A stretch of 64,000 bases of DNA from Escherichia coli (GTDB lineage Bacteria; Pseudomonadota; Gammaproteobacteria; Enterobacterales; Enterobacteriaceae): the NCBI RefSeq assembly GCF_044324875.1, contig NZ_CP172185.1, one strand, 5' to 3'. Both the position numbers and the translations under genes were made by a program. This document shows, piece by piece, positions 26,303 through 37,553 of this stretch; the first letter of the stretch is position 1; each line of letters begins with the position of its first letter. The notes beneath the pieces were generated by a model, which was given only the letters and a program-made list of their open reading frames with translations, had not been told where the DNA came from and searched no databases.

Positions 26303-26883
26303 ACGCGCGCCTCGCATTCGCCCCCTTGTTGTCCTTTTCGCATCGGTTAATACGGTGAAGAGGGGATCTCAATTACTGCATAAATATGATGAGCAGGCTG
26401 CTCATCCAGAAAGCTTCCAGCGGATTTCCAACTTATCGGGAAAGCTGATACAGGTCAAATGGCAAGCTTATTGGTACAGAAATGTGCTTTAGCGCAAAAT
26501 TCTTTATTAATTGGCTGAAATTAAAATAGATTTTCTATTTAAGGCTAAAAGGGAAGTCGTTAGAGAAACATCCAATTCCTGACTGTCATAAAGGCGTGTT
26601 AACCCTTATCCTGCCTTGAACTGACGAGAAAACCAGCATTTTATACTGCCTTAATTGGTAATGACGTTTCATGCTACTGTTTTTGCCTAAAATCCATAAG
26701 GAGATAAAAAAATCTGACACAAGATAAGCAAAAATGATTTATGTGATCATGCATGAAATTTCGGTAATTTTGATTGATTATGCAGTTGATAAAAGCGGGC
26801 CGGGACGATTGATCCAGGTCATCGCCGAATTGAGCTAAAAATGGCAGGCTTTGGCCTCTTTTCAAGGCGCGGTCTATCAGATT

Positions 26884-27813
26884 ATGCAGTTACAGAAATT
26901 AGTCAATATGTTTGGTGGTGATCTCACCCGTCGTTATGGGCAAAAGGTGCATAAGCTGACGCTGCACGGCGGTTTTAGCTGCCCTAACCGTGACGGTACC
27001 ATCGGGCGTGGTGGCTGCACATTCTGTAATGTTGCCTCGTTTGCCGATGAAGCGCAGCAACATCGTTCCATTGCCGAACAACTGGCGCACCAGGCGAATT
27101 TAGTTAACCGCGCTAAACGCTATCTGGCCTACTTTCAGGCGTATACCAGCACCTTTGCGGAAGTTCAGGTGCTGCGTTCTATGTATCAGCAGGCGGTGAG
27201 CCAGGCCAATATTGTCGGTTTGTGTGTTGGTACCCGCCCGGACTGCGTGCCGGATGCAGTGCTGGATCTGCTTTGTGAATATAAAGACCAGGGCTACGAA
27301 GTGTGGCTGGAGCTGGGGCTACAAACCGCCCACGACAAAACGCTACATCGCATCAACCGCGGCCATGATTTTGCCTGTTATCAGCGTACAACCCAGCTGG
27401 CACGTCAGCGCGGGCTGAAGGTGTGTTCCCACTTAATTGTCGGCCTGCCTGGCGAAGGGCAGGCTGAATGTTTGCAAACGCTGGAGCGAGTGGTTGAAAC
27501 CGGCGTGGACGGCATAAAGCTGCATCCGCTGCATATTGTGAAAGGCAGCATTATGGCGAAAGCCTGGGAAGCGGGGCGTTTGAACGGTATTGAACTGGAG
27601 GATTACACGCTCACTGCCGGAGAAATGATTCGCCATACGCCACCGGAAGTGATCTACCACCGCATTTCCGCCAGCGCCCGTCGCCCGACGTTGCTTGCTC
27701 CGCTGTGGTGCGAAAATCGATGGACGGGAATGGTCGAGCTGGATCGTTATCTGAATGAACATGGCGTACAGGGATCGGCGCTGGGACGTCCGTGGCTACC
27801 TCCAACGGCGTAG
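26884..27813 (+). CDS. yhcC: Radical SAM protein YhcC
   Basis: ORF 26851-27813; start at ATG 26884 giving MQLQKLVNMFGGDLTRRYGQKVHKL (309 aa). Confidence 0.88.
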   Translation: MQLQKLVNMFGGDLTRRYGQKVHKLTLHGGFSCPNRDGTIGRGGCTFCNVASFADEAQQHRSIAEQLAHQANLVNRAKRYLAYFQAYTSTFAEVQVLRSMYQQAVSQANIVGLCVGTRPDCVPDAVLDLLCEYKDQGYEVWLELGLQTAHDKTLHRINRGHDFACYQRTTQLARQRGLKVCSHLIVGLPGEGQAECLQTLERVVETGVDGIKLHPLHIVKGSIMAKAWEAGRLNGIELEDYTLTAGEMIRHTPPEVIYHRISASARRPTLLAPLWCENRWTGMVELDRYLNEHGVQGSALGRPWLPPTA

Positions 27814-27908
27814 GCCATTGAGGGGAATTCCGCATTTCTCACACAATTTATAACGTAACTGTCAGAATTGGGTATTATTGGGGCAGGTTGTCGTGAAGGA
27901 ATTCCCTA

Positions 27909-30245
27909 ATGAAGCAAATTCGTCTGCTGGCGCAGTATTATGTTGACCTGATGATGAAGTTAGGTCTGGTGCGCTTCTCAATGTTGCTGGCGCTGGCCCT
28001 CGTCGTTCTTGCCATTGTGGTACAAATGGCGGTAACCATGGTGCTGCATGGTCAGGTCGAAAGCATTGATGTTATTCGTTCTATCTTCTTTGGTTTGCTG
28101 ATTACGCCGTGGGCGGTCTACTTTCTATCGGTGGTCGTCGAGCAACTGGAGGAGTCACGGCAACGTCTGTCACGGCTGGTGCAAAAACTGGAGGAGATGC
28201 GCGAGCGCGATTTGAGCCTCAACGTTCAGTTAAAAGATAATATTGCCCAGCTAAATCAGGAAATCGCCGTTCGTGAAAAAGCGGAAGCAGAACTGCAGGA
28301 AACCTTCGGCCAACTGAAAATTGAAATCAAAGAGCGCGAAGAGACACAAATTCAGCTCGAGCAGCAATCCTCATTCTTACGTTCCTTCCTTGATGCTTCA
28401 CCCGACCTGGTTTTTTATCGTAACGAAGATAAAGAGTTTTCTGGCTGTAACCGCGCGATGGAGCTGCTGACCGGAAAAAGCGAAAAACAACTGGTTCACC
28501 TGAAACCTGCTGATGTTTACTCACCGGAAGCCGCTGCGAAAGTCATTGAAACTGATGAAAAAGTGTTCCGTCATAATGTGTCACTGACCTATGAGCAGTG
28601 GCTGGATTATCCCGACGGACGCAAAGCCTGCTTTGAAATTCGTAAAGTGCCGTACTACGACCGCGTGGGTAAACGTCACGGTTTGATGGGCTTTGGTCGC
28701 GACATTACCGAGCGTAAGCGGTATCAGGATGCGCTTGAACGGGCCAGCCGCGACAAAACGACGTTTATCTCCACCATCAGTCACGAATTGCGTACACCGC
28801 TGAATGGTATCGTCGGCCTGAGCCGCATTCTGCTGGATACCGAACTCACCGCCGAGCAGGAAAAATATCTCAAAACCATCCATGTTTCGGCCGTCACGCT
28901 CGGGAATATCTTCAACGATATTATCGACATGGATAAGATGGAACGGCGTAAGGTCCAGCTTGATAATCAGCCGGTTGATTTCACCAGCTTCCTTGCCGAT
29001 CTGGAAAATCTCTCCGCATTGCAGGCGCAACAAAAAGGATTGCGCTTTAATCTGGAGCCTACGCTGCCATTACCGCATCAGGTCATTACCGACGGGACGC
29101 GTTTGCGGCAGATCCTGTGGAATCTCATCAGTAACGCCGTCAAATTCACCCAGCAAGGCCAGGTTACCGTGCGCGTGCGCTACGATGAAGGCGATATGCT
29201 GCATTTTGAAGTGGAAGACTCTGGTATCGGCATTCCGCAGGATGAGCTGGATAAAATCTTTGCCATGTATTACCAGGTGAAAGACAGTCATGGCGGTAAA
29301 CCTGCCACCGGCACCGGTATTGGTCTGGCCGTTTCTCGTCGTCTGGCGAAAAATATGGGCGGCGATATTACGGTTACCAGCGAACAGGGCAAAGGTTCTA
29401 CCTTTACGTTGACGATCCACGCACCGTCGGTGGCTGAAGAGGTCGATGATGCGTTTGATGAAGACGATATGCCTTTACCGGCGCTGAATGTGCTGCTGGT
29501 GGAAGACATTGAACTGAACGTGATTGTCGCGCGTTCTGTGCTGGAAAAATTAGGTAACAGCGTTGATGTCGCCATGACCGGCAAGGCGGCGCTGGAGATG
29601 TTTAAACCGGGCGAATACGACCTGGTATTGCTGGATATTCAGTTGCCAGATATGACCGGGCTGGATATCTCTCGTGAACTGACGAAGCGTTATCCGCGCG
29701 AGGATTTACCGCCGCTGGTGGCCTTAACCGCTAACGTGCTGAAAGACAAGCAAGAGTACCTCAATGCTGGAATGGATGATGTGCTGAGTAAGCCGCTTTC
29801 TGTTCCGGCGCTAACCGCGATGATCAAGAAATTCTGGGATACCCAGGATGATGAGGAAAGTACGGTGACGACAGAAGAGAACAGTAAATCAGAAGCATTG
29901 CTCGATATTCCCATGCTGGAACAGTATCTCGAACTTGTAGGACCGAAGCTGATCACCGACGGGTTAGCGGTGTTTGAGAAGATGATGCCGGGCTATGTCA
30001 GCGTGCTGGAGTCGAATCTGACGGCGCAGGATAAAAAAGGCATTGTTGAGGAAGGACATAAAATTAAAGGTGCGGCGGGGTCAGTGGGGTTACGCCATCT
30101 GCAACAGCTGGGTCAGCAAATTCAGTCTCCTGACCTTCCCGCCTGGGAAGATAACGTCGGTGAATGGATTGAAGAGATGAAAGAAGAGTGGCGTCACGAC
30201 GTAGAAGTACTGAAAGCGTGGGTGGCAAAAGCCACTAAAAAATGA
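27909..30245 (+). CDS. arcB: Aerobic respiration control sensor kinase ArcB
   Basis: 778-aa ORF with HisKA/HATPase, receiver and HPt regions. Confidence 0.96.
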   Translation: MKQIRLLAQYYVDLMMKLGLVRFSMLLALALVVLAIVVQMAVTMVLHGQVESIDVIRSIFFGLLITPWAVYFLSVVVEQLEESRQRLSRLVQKLEEMRERDLSLNVQLKDNIAQLNQEIAVREKAEAELQETFGQLKIEIKEREETQIQLEQQSSFLRSFLDASPDLVFYRNEDKEFSGCNRAMELLTGKSEKQLVHLKPADVYSPEAAAKVIETDEKVFRHNVSLTYEQWLDYPDGRKACFEIRKVPYYDRVGKRHGLMGFGRDITERKRYQDALERASRDKTTFISTISHELRTPLNGIVGLSRILLDTELTAEQEKYLKTIHVSAVTLGNIFNDIIDMDKMERRKVQLDNQPVDFTSFLADLENLSALQAQQKGLRFNLEPTLPLPHQVITDGTRLRQILWNLISNAVKFTQQGQVTVRVRYDEGDMLHFEVEDSGIGIPQDELDKIFAMYYQVKDSHGGKPATGTGIGLAVSRRLAKNMGGDITVTSEQGKGSTFTLTIHAPSVAEEVDDAFDEDDMPLPALNVLLVEDIELNVIVARSVLEKLGNSVDVAMTGKAALEMFKPGEYDLVLLDIQLPDMTGLDISRELTKRYPREDLPPLVALTANVLKDKQEYLNAGMDDVLSKPLSVPALTAMIKKFWDTQDDEESTVTTEENSKSEALLDIPMLEQYLELVGPKLITDGLAVFEKMMPGYVSVLESNLTAQDKKGIVEEGHKIKGAAGSVGLRHLQQLGQQIQSPDLPAWEDNVGEWIEEMKEEWRHDVEVLKAWVAKATKK

Positions 30246-30357
30246 CCCCGGCTAGACCGGGGTGCGCGAATACTGCGCCAACACCAGGGAAATCTTGGCT
30301 GCGCCGTAAATTATTATGATGAGTTACAAGGGCACAGCACTGTTTTTCAGGCCGCAC
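30237..30357 (-). ncRNA. arcZ: ArcZ (SraH/RyhA) Hfq-dependent sRNA, antisense to the arcB 3' end
   Basis: Minus strand reads GTGCGGCCTGAAAAACAGTGCTGTGCCCTTGTAACTCATCATAATAATTTACGGCGCAGCCAAGATTTCCCTGGTGTTGGCGCAGTATTCGCGCACCCCGGTCTAGCCGGGGTCATTTTTT, matching my recollection of ArcZ including the terminal hairpin and U-run. Confidence 0.8.
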
Positions 30358-30474
30358 GCAGTTAAGATAGCAAAACTTAAATGATTTGTTACATGAATCA
30401 GTTAAATGTGTGATGCGTAGCATTTTTATTAAAAAAATTAATGTGTTTCAGTCAATTGCGAAAGGATGATCACA

Positions 30475-31128
30475 ATGAAGAAAATTGGCGTAATTCTGAG
30501 CGGATGCGGCGTCTATGACGGTTCTGAAATTCATGAAGCGGTGTTGACGTTGTTAGCTATTTCACGCAGCGGTGCACAGGCGGTCTGCTTTGCACCGGAT
30601 AAACAGCAGGTTGATGTTATCAACCATTTAACGGGCGAAGCGATGACGGAAACGCGCAATGTGCTGATTGAAGCGGCACGAATAACGCGCGGTGAAATCC
30701 GTCCTCTGGCCCAGGCCGATGCCGCTGAACTGGATGCGTTGATTGTGCCGGGGGGGTTTGGCGCGGCGAAGAATTTAAGCAATTTTGCCAGTCTTGGTCG
30801 CGAATGCACCGTTGACCGTGAATTAAAGGCGCTGGCACAAGCGATGCATCAGGCCGGAAAACCGCTTGGTTTTATGTGTATTGCCCCGGCGATGCTGCCG
30901 AAAATTTTCGATTTCCCGCTGCGTTTGACCATCGGTACTGATATCGATACCGCAGAAGTGCTGGAAGAGATGGGTGCGGAGCATGTGCCGTGTCCTGTCG
31001 ATGATATCGTGGTTGATGAAGACAACAAGATTGTCACCACCCCGGCATATATGCTGGCGCAGAACCTTGCAGAAGCGGCGAGCGGCATTGATAAGCTGGT
31101 TTCCCGCGTGCTGGTCCTGGCGGAATGA
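30475..31128 (+). CDS. elbB: DJ-1/PfpI-like glyoxalase ElbB (YhbL)
   Basis: ORF 30466-31128; start at ATG 30475 giving [21 protein letters not shown] (217 aa). Confidence 0.9.
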   Translation: MKKIGVILSGCGVYDGSEIHEAVLTLLAISRSGAQAVCFAPDKQQVDVINHLTGEAMTETRNVLIEAARITRGEIRPLAQADAAELDALIVPGGFGAAKNLSNFASLGRECTVDRELKALAQAMHQAGKPLGFMCIAPAMLPKIFDFPLRLTIGTDIDTAEVLEEMGAEHVPCPVDDIVVDEDNKIVTTPAYMLAQNLAEAASGIDKLVSRVLVLAE

Positions 31129-31853
31129 GTAAAAGCCGCTTAACGGTGTTTAGTTTCATTCGCCGTTTTCTTTTGCGGTTAATGGTTGTCCTCGCCGTTT
31201 TTTGGGGCGGGGGCATCGCGTTGTTTAGCGTTGCGCCTGTTCCTTTCTCAGCGGTAATGGTCGAGCGACAGGTCAGCGCCTGGCTGCATGGCAATTTTCG
31301 TTACGTGGCACATTCTGACTGGGTCAGTATGGATCAAATCTCGCCGTGGATGGGACTGGCGGTGATTGCCGCAGAAGATCAGACATTTCCTGAGCACTGG
31401 GGCTTTGATGTCGCTTCCATTGAGAAAGCCCTGGCGCACAACGAGCGCAATGAAAACCGTATTCGCGGTGCTTCAACGATTTCTCAGCAGACGGCCAAAA
31501 ATCTCTTTTTATGGGATGGGCGTAGCTGGGTTCGAAAAGGGCTGGAAGCTGGATTAACGCTGGGGATAGAAACTGTCTGGAGCAAAAAGCGTATCCTGAC
31601 GGTTTACCTGAATATCGCCGAATTTGGCGACGGTGTGTTTGGCGTCGAAGCTGCGGCACAACGTTATTTCCACAAACCCGCGAGCAAACTTACCCGCTCG
31701 GAAGCTGCATTACTGGCAGCTGTATTACCTAATCCACTTCGTTTCAAAGTCTCCGCGCCATCGGGCTACGTGCGTGGCCGTCAGGCGTGGATTTTACGGC
31801 AGATGTATCAGTTAGGCGGTGAGTCGTTTATGCAACAGCACCAGCTTGATTAA
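31125..31853 (+). CDS. mtgA: Monofunctional peptidoglycan glycosyltransferase
   Basis: 242-aa ORF, 4-bp overlap with the elbB stop. Confidence 0.93.
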   Translation: MSKSRLTVFSFIRRFLLRLMVVLAVFWGGGIALFSVAPVPFSAVMVERQVSAWLHGNFRYVAHSDWVSMDQISPWMGLAVIAAEDQTFPEHWGFDVASIEKALAHNERNENRIRGASTISQQTAKNLFLWDGRSWVRKGLEAGLTLGIETVWSKKRILTVYLNIAEFGDGVFGVEAAAQRYFHKPASKLTRSEAALLAAVLPNPLRFKVSAPSGYVRGRQAWILRQMYQLGGESFMQQHQLD

Positions 31854-32482
31854 GCTTCGCGCGAAGTGAGGGCCAGCGTTTTGCTCTCACGAGGTTGCAG
31901 ATCTTTCTGCAGGGCAATAGCCAGCGCCGGTTGGGCGATAAATCGTTTCCATAACCGCTCTTGCTTACGCAGACAACACCACTTCGACCAGGTCGCCAGT
32001 GGAATCAATGTGCTTTCACCAATGTTGTCGCAGACGACGGGGATAACCTCTGACTCACTGATGCGGTGACAGAGGATATTCTGCGGCTTCAGCGACATCG
32101 TCACGATACGGTTATCCTGCAAATAACGCTTCAGCTGTTTCAGTAACTGGCGCAGTTGTGCAATGTCTTCTTCGTAACGGCATTGTTCAGCAAATTCGGT
32201 CAGCGTAATGGAGGGCTTGCCGTCAAAATCGGCAATCACATCGTAGACATAACCGGTTCCGCAATCCGTCTCAACGGTACCGTGATAGCGCGGTATTCCA
32301 CTCCAGTCTTTTAACCGGCGACCAAGATGCGTGTAGTACTTTAACTCACGGCGGATCTCTTTATCGCCACCATCGCCACGATGGTAGACAATCTTAATAC
32401 AACGTTGGGCATCTTCCGGATGCGCATAACATTTCCGATGTCTTCCGGTGCCCAGGGGACTTTGTTCAGATAAGCGAATCAT
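31850..32482 (-). CDS. yrbL: PhoP-regulated protein YrbL
   Basis: ORF 31850-32539; start taken at [22 protein letters not shown] (210 aa). Confidence 0.85.
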   Translation of the reverse strand: MIRLSEQSPLGTGRHRKCYAHPEDAQRCIKIVYHRGDGGDKEIRRELKYYTHLGRRLKDWSGIPRYHGTVETDCGTGYVYDVIADFDGKPSITLTEFAEQCRYEEDIAQLRQLLKQLKRYLQDNRIVTMSLKPQNILCHRISESEVIPVVCDNIGESTLIPLATWSKWCCLRKQERLWKRFIAQPALAIALQKDLQPRESKTLALTSREA

Positions 32483-32532
32483 GCCATCTCCTGGAAATAT
32501 TTTCTGACGATCTCCAGTATGGTCGATTAACT

Positions 32533-32549
32533 TAAACAAAACCTAAACA
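32533..32549 (-). promoter_or_regulatory. PhoP box (TGTTTA-N5-TGTTTA direct repeat) upstream of yrbL
   Basis: Minus strand reads TGTTTAGGTTTTGTTTA about 50 bp upstream of the yrbL start. Confidence 0.65.
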
Positions 32550-32694
32550 ATGCCTCTTAAGGTTTTCTTAAGGTTCTTCTGAAAGTGAAAAGCGCACAAA
32601 ATGTACAAATGACGTTGATTGAGAACGATTTCAGTACGCGCTTTTCTTATTGTCGGGGGAGCTTGAAGGGATTTGAATGTCAAAGTGATGAAGA

Positions 32695-32967
32695 TTAATC
32701 TTCATCAAAACCAGAATTAAAGAGGGCGATAACGGCGGCCAGTGCTTCCTCTTCCTGTGGACCGGTCGCTTCAACTTCAATCTGCCGTCCTTTGGCAGAA
32801 TCCAGCATCAGCAGTGCAATAACGCTGTTGGCTTCAGCCTCGGTGCCTTCGTCATTACGTAACAGCACTTCAGCGTCGAAACCCTGCATTAATTCAAACA
32901 GCTTCATTGCAGGCCGGGCATGCATGCCCAGCTTGTTTGTGATTTCAACAGTTTGCTTGACGGTCAT
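32695..32967 (-). CDS. npr: Nitrogen PTS phosphocarrier NPr
   Basis: 90-aa [33 protein letters not shown]... Confidence 0.95.
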
Positions 32968-33818
32968 GGTTTACGTTTTTCCAGCGTACGATGGCGTGAC
33001 TGGACGTTTTTACCGCGCGAGCGGAAGTAGTCTGCCAGTTGCTCTGCAATATACACCGAACGGTGCTTCCCGCCGGTACAACCAATGGCAACCGTCAGGT
33101 AGCTACGGTTGTTGGTTTCCAGCATAGGTAACCATAGCTCAAGATAGCTTCGCGTCTGGTAGATAAAATTGTGTACTTCTGTGTGGCGGTCGAGGAACGC
33201 GGCGACAGGTTTATCAAGACCTGTCATTGGACGCAGTTTCGGATCCCAGTGCGGGTTCGGCAAGAAGCGCACGTCAAAGACGTAATCTGCATCGATAGGG
33301 ATACCGTGTTTGAAGCCGAAAGACTCAAAGACCATGGTCAGTTCGCGTTCACGTTTACCCAGCAGACGGGTACGCAGCATTTCAGCCAGCTCGTGAACGG
33401 ACATTTCTGAGGTATCGACAATCAGATCCGCTCGCGAACGCAGAGGCTCCAGCAGATCGCTTTCTTTGTCGATAGCACTTTCCAGCGACAGGTTTTTGCT
33501 GGAAAGCGGATGCAGTCGGCGCGTGTCACTGTAACGACGAATTAAGGTATTACGGTCGGCATCCAGGAACAGGAGTTGCGGTGAGAAAGCGTCAGGCAGG
33601 TTACTCATCGCCTGTTCGAATATTTCTGGTGACTCCGGCATATTACGAACATCAATGCTGACGGCGGCAGAAATCTCGCGATCGGCCAGAGTTCGAGCCA
33701 GATCGGGTAACAACACTACGGGAAGGTTATCCACGCAGTAAAAACCCATATCTTCCAGCGCACGCAGGGCGACAGATTTACCTGAACCTGAACGTCCGCT
33801 GACGATCATCAGTACCAT
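32964..33818 (-). CDS. rapZ: RNase adaptor protein RapZ (YhbJ)
   Basis: 284-aa ORF with Walker A GRSGSGKS. Confidence 0.95.
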
Positions 33819-33863
33819 GTACTGTTTCTCCTCACAACGTCTAAAAGAGACATTACCGAATAA

Positions 33864-34355
33864 CTACGCTTCATCCGGAGTACCTTCGGTATCCGTAATG
33901 ATTTGATACAGCTCTTCATCGCTCTGGGCAGCGCGTAAACGGCGGCAGATGGTTTTGTCCGCCAGACGTTTCGCCACCAGCGACAGAGTATGCAGGTGCG
34001 TTTTAGTTTGGTCTGCCGGCACCAGCAGGGCAAAAAGTAAATCCACCGGTTGGTTGTCGATGGCATCGAAAGCTATAGGCGTTTCGAGCTGAACGAAAAC
34101 GCCAACGGCGCGCAGAGTATCTTCTTCCAGTTTGCCATGCGGAATGGCAATACCATTGCCGATACCGGTACTGCCCATTTTTTCCCGCGTCAGGATAGCT
34201 TCAAAAACCACCTGAGGCGGCAGGCTAAGTTGTTTCGCCGCCAGCTCGCTGATGATTTCCAGGGCGCGTTTTTTGCTCTGACAGTGGACGCGGCTTCGCG
34301 TACATTCCCTGTTAAGAACACTGCTAAGCTGTAGAGTTGTATCATTATTTGTCAT
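33864..34355 (-). CDS. ptsN: Nitrogen PTS EIIA(Ntr)
   Basis: ORF 33864-34379; start taken at MTNNDTTLQLSSVLNRECTRSRV (163 aa). Confidence 0.93.
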   Translation of the reverse strand: MTNNDTTLQLSSVLNRECTRSRVHCQSKKRALEIISELAAKQLSLPPQVVFEAILTREKMGSTGIGNGIAIPHGKLEEDTLRAVGVFVQLETPIAFDAIDNQPVDLLFALLVPADQTKTHLHTLSLVAKRLADKTICRRLRAAQSDEELYQIITDTEGTPDEA

Positions 34356-34472
34356 AATTTCACCTAAGAACCTGCCCACTCAAACAGTGGAACAGGCTCG
34401 GAGCATTAACCGTACAAATGGCCCGTTGTGCCGCACAACAGGCCGCCATGCACATGCTAATTGCCCGGACAA

Positions 34473-34760
34473 TTAGTGTTGTTTCAGTTTATCTTTATGT
34501 TTGGTCAACTGGCGTGCCAGCTTATCAATTAAGCCATCAATGGCAGCGTACATGTCCTGACCTTCCGCGCTGGCATGAATTTCACCACCGTTTACATGCA
34601 GTGTTGCATCTGAGGTGTGGGTGACTTTCTCCACTTTCAGAACAACATAGACCTGGTTGATTCGGTCAAAATATTGCTCAAGTTTGGCAAATTTGGCTGT
34701 AACAAATTCGCGCAGTGCCTCGGTGATCTCGACGTTATTTCCGGTAATGTTGAGCTGCAT
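34473..34760 (-). CDS. hpf: Ribosome hibernation promoting factor
   Basis: ORF 34473-34844; start taken at MQLNITGNNVEITEALREFV (95 aa). Confidence 0.93.
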   Translation of the reverse strand: MQLNITGNNVEITEALREFVTAKFAKLEQYFDRINQVYVVLKVEKVTHTSDATLHVNGGEIHASAEGQDMYAAIDGLIDKLARQLTKHKDKLKQH

Positions 34761-34782
34761 AGTGTCTTCCTTATCGGTTGGG

Positions 34783-36216
34783 TCAAACGAGCTGTTTACG
34801 CTGGTTTGACGGCGGAATGGATAAAGACTCTCGGTACTTCGCAACAGTGCGGCGTGCCACCATGATACCTTGTTCCGACAGCAAAGAGGTTAACTTGCTG
34901 TCGCTCAACGGTTTCGCTGGGTTTTCCGCCGCGATTAATTTCTTCACCAGCGCACGAATCGCCGTGGAGGAAGCTTCGCCGCCGCCCTCGGTATTGACGT
35001 GACTGGAAAAGAAATACTTCAGTTCAAAAATGCCTCGTGGACTATGCAGGTATTTTTGCGTGGTCACGCGAGATATCGTCGATTCATGCATTTCGACAGC
35101 CTGGGCGATATCGGCCAGTACCATCGGTTTCATATATTCTTCGCCTTGCTCAAAGAAGGCTTGCTGCTGTTCAACGATACAGCGACTCACGCGCAGTAGC
35201 GTATCGTTACGGCTTTCCAGACTCTTGATCAACCATTTGGCATCCTGCAGATTGCTGCGGATAAACTGGCTGTCACCATCGTTGCGCGCGTTATTGCACA
35301 TCGAGGCGTAGTGCTGGTTGATTTGCAGACGCGGAATGCTGTCACTGTTGAGTTCTACCGTCCAGTGACCGTTATGCTTACGCACCAGCACATCTGGAAT
35401 GACATACTCAGGTTCGCCCGTCTGGATCGACTGCCCGGGGCGCGGATCGAGCGACTGGATCAGATTGACGGCTTCTTTCAGCACATCTTCTTTCAGACGC
35501 GTGACGCGCATTAAAGTGCGGAAGTCGTGATTGGCTAACAGATCGAGATGATCGCTAATGATCAGTCTGGCCTCTTCCAGCCATGGCGTGGTTTTATCGA
35601 ATTGGGAGAGTTGGATCAGCAGACAGTCACGCAGATCTTTTGCTGCCACACCGACCGGATCAAACCGTTGGATCCGCTTAAGGACGGCTTCAACTTCGTC
35701 GATGTCAATCTCTTCATCGCCCATACTTTCGAGAATATCTTCCAGTGGGACAGTCAGATAACCGGTGTCATCAACGGCATCGACGATAGAGGTAGCAATA
35801 GCGCGGTCAGTGTCAGAAAACGGTGTCAACTCGACCTGCCACATCAGGTAATCCTGCAAGGTCTGCGTCGTTTCGCCCTGATAGACCGGCAGCTCGTCGT
35901 CAATGTAGTCACCGCTGGTGCCGGATGGTGTACCAGCGGTGTAAATGGTGTCCCAACTGGCATCGAGCGGCAGCTCTTCCGGCATCTCTTTTTGTTCGAA
36001 CGCGTCGGCGGTGTCCAGCGTTTCACTGTCTTGCGTTTCGCGGGTGTCGATTTCTTCATGAGTGTCGATTTGCTCAAGCAGCGGATTACTCTCCAGCGCC
36101 TGCTGTAGCTCCTGCTGAAGTTCCAGCGTCGACAACTGCAACAGACGAATTGCCTGTTGGAGCTGTGGCGTCATCGCCAGTTGTTGGCTAAGCCTGAGTT
36201 GCAAACCTTGCTTCAT
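34783..36216 (-). CDS. rpoN: RNA polymerase sigma-54
   Basis: 477-aa [36 protein letters not shown]... Confidence 0.97.
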   Translation of the reverse strand: MKQGLQLRLSQQLAMTPQLQQAIRLLQLSTLELQQELQQALESNPLLEQIDTHEEIDTRETQDSETLDTADAFEQKEMPEELPLDASWDTIYTAGTPSGTSGDYIDDELPVYQGETTQTLQDYLMWQVELTPFSDTDRAIATSIVDAVDDTGYLTVPLEDILESMGDEEIDIDEVEAVLKRIQRFDPVGVAAKDLRDCLLIQLSQFDKTTPWLEEARLIISDHLDLLANHDFRTLMRVTRLKEDVLKEAVNLIQSLDPRPGQSIQTGEPEYVIPDVLVRKHNGHWTVELNSDSIPRLQINQHYASMCNNARNDGDSQFIRSNLQDAKWLIKSLESRNDTLLRVSRCIVEQQQAFFEQGEEYMKPMVLADIAQAVEMHESTISRVTTQKYLHSPRGIFELKYFFSSHVNTEGGGEASSTAIRALVKKLIAAENPAKPLSDSKLTSLLSEQGIMVARRTVAKYRESLSIPPSNQRKQLV

Positions 36217-36263
36217 GTTCAGAATCGTACTCTCCTGCTAAAACGTCGCAAACTTCTACCCTA

Positions 36264-36989
36264 TCAGAGTCTGAAGTCTTCCCCAAGGTATACACGCTTA
36301 ACGTGTTCGTCTTGTAAGATTTCCGTAGGCGTGCCGTGGGCGATCAAATGCCCCTGACTGACGATATAAGCGCGTTCACAAACCGCCAGTGTTTCACGCA
36401 CGTTGTGGTCAGTGATCAGTACGCCCAGGCCGCTGTCGCGCAGGTGCTCAATGATGCGTTTAATGTCGATAACCGAGATCGGGTCAACCCCGGCAAACGG
36501 TTCGTCGAGCAGAATAAATTTCGGATTCGCAGCCAGTGCGCGGGCAATTTCTACACGGCGACGTTCACCCCCGGAGAGTGACTGCCCCATGCTGTCACGC
36601 AAGTGTTCAATGTGAAACTCTTCCATCAGCTCGTTCGCGCGGTCTTCACGTTGTTCAGCAGACAAGTCGTCACGAATTTGCAGTACCGCCATCAGGTTAT
36701 CGTAAACGCTGAGGCGACGGAAAATGGAGGCTTCCTGTGGCAGATAGCCGATACCGCGGCGCGCGCGTGCATGCAGTGGCAGCAGACTGATATCGTCATC
36801 ATCAATAATGATGTTGCCCGCATCGCGCGGCACAATGCCTACAACCATGTAGAAAGTGGTGGTCTTACCGGCACCGTTTGGCCCCAGCAGACCGACAATT
36901 TCCCCGGAGTTGACGGTCAGGCTGACGTCTTCTACCACGCGACGGCCTTTATAGGCTTTTGCAAGGTTCTTTGCAGTTAATGTTGCCAT
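36264..36989 (-). CDS. lptB: LPS export ABC transporter ATPase
   Basis: 241-aa ORF with Walker [10 protein letters not shown]. Confidence 0.96.
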
Positions 36990-36995
36990 AACGAA

Positions 36996-37553
36996 TTAAT
37001 TACCCTTCTTCTGTGCCGGGGTCTGGCCTTTGTTGTTTTTGTCCTGCAGCTGCGACGGCACCAGAACGGTGGTTACGCGCTTACCTTTGTCGCTGAAAGC
37101 CTGCATTTTCTGCTCTTTCACCAGGTAAGTGATCTTATCGCCCTTAATGTTGCTATCGACCTGCTGCAGATAAGCATTACCCGTCAGAACGACAAAATCT
37201 TTTGCCAGTTCGTAGTGCATCTGGGAAGCGTGACCTTCAACGGGTTTACCATTGTCCTGCATCTGGTAGAACGTTGCCGGTTTACCGTAGCCGTCAATCA
37301 CTTCTTTACCTTGTTCGCCGCCCGGACGGGTAACGACCACTTTGTCGGCATTAATTTTGATGGTACCCTGGGTGACGATGACATTACCGGTAAAGGTAAC
37401 CACGTTGCCTTGCATATCAAGAGATTGCTGGTCCGATTCAATGTGGATCGGCTGATCAGTGTCTCCGGTTACGGCAAATGCCGGAATGCTGGCGGCCAGA
37501 AGTGAGCTGGCAAGCACAAGATTAAGGCTGAGTTTGTTTGTTTTGAATTTCAT
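36996..37553 (-). CDS. lptA: LPS transport periplasmic protein LptA
   Basis: ORF 36996-37574; start taken at MKFKTNKLSLNLVLASSLLAASIPAFA (185 aa). Confidence 0.93.
   Translation of the reverse strand: MKFKTNKLSLNLVLASSLLAASIPAFAVTGDTDQPIHIESDQQSLDMQGNVVTFTGNVIVTQGTIKINADKVVVTRPGGEQGKEVIDGYGKPATFYQMQDNGKPVEGHASQMHYELAKDFVVLTGNAYLQQVDSNIKGDKITYLVKEQKMQAFSDKGKRVTTVLVPSQLQDKNNKGQTPAQKKGN

Noticed and set aside
35548-36108. 186-aa plus-strand ORF
   Set aside because: Antisense within rpoN
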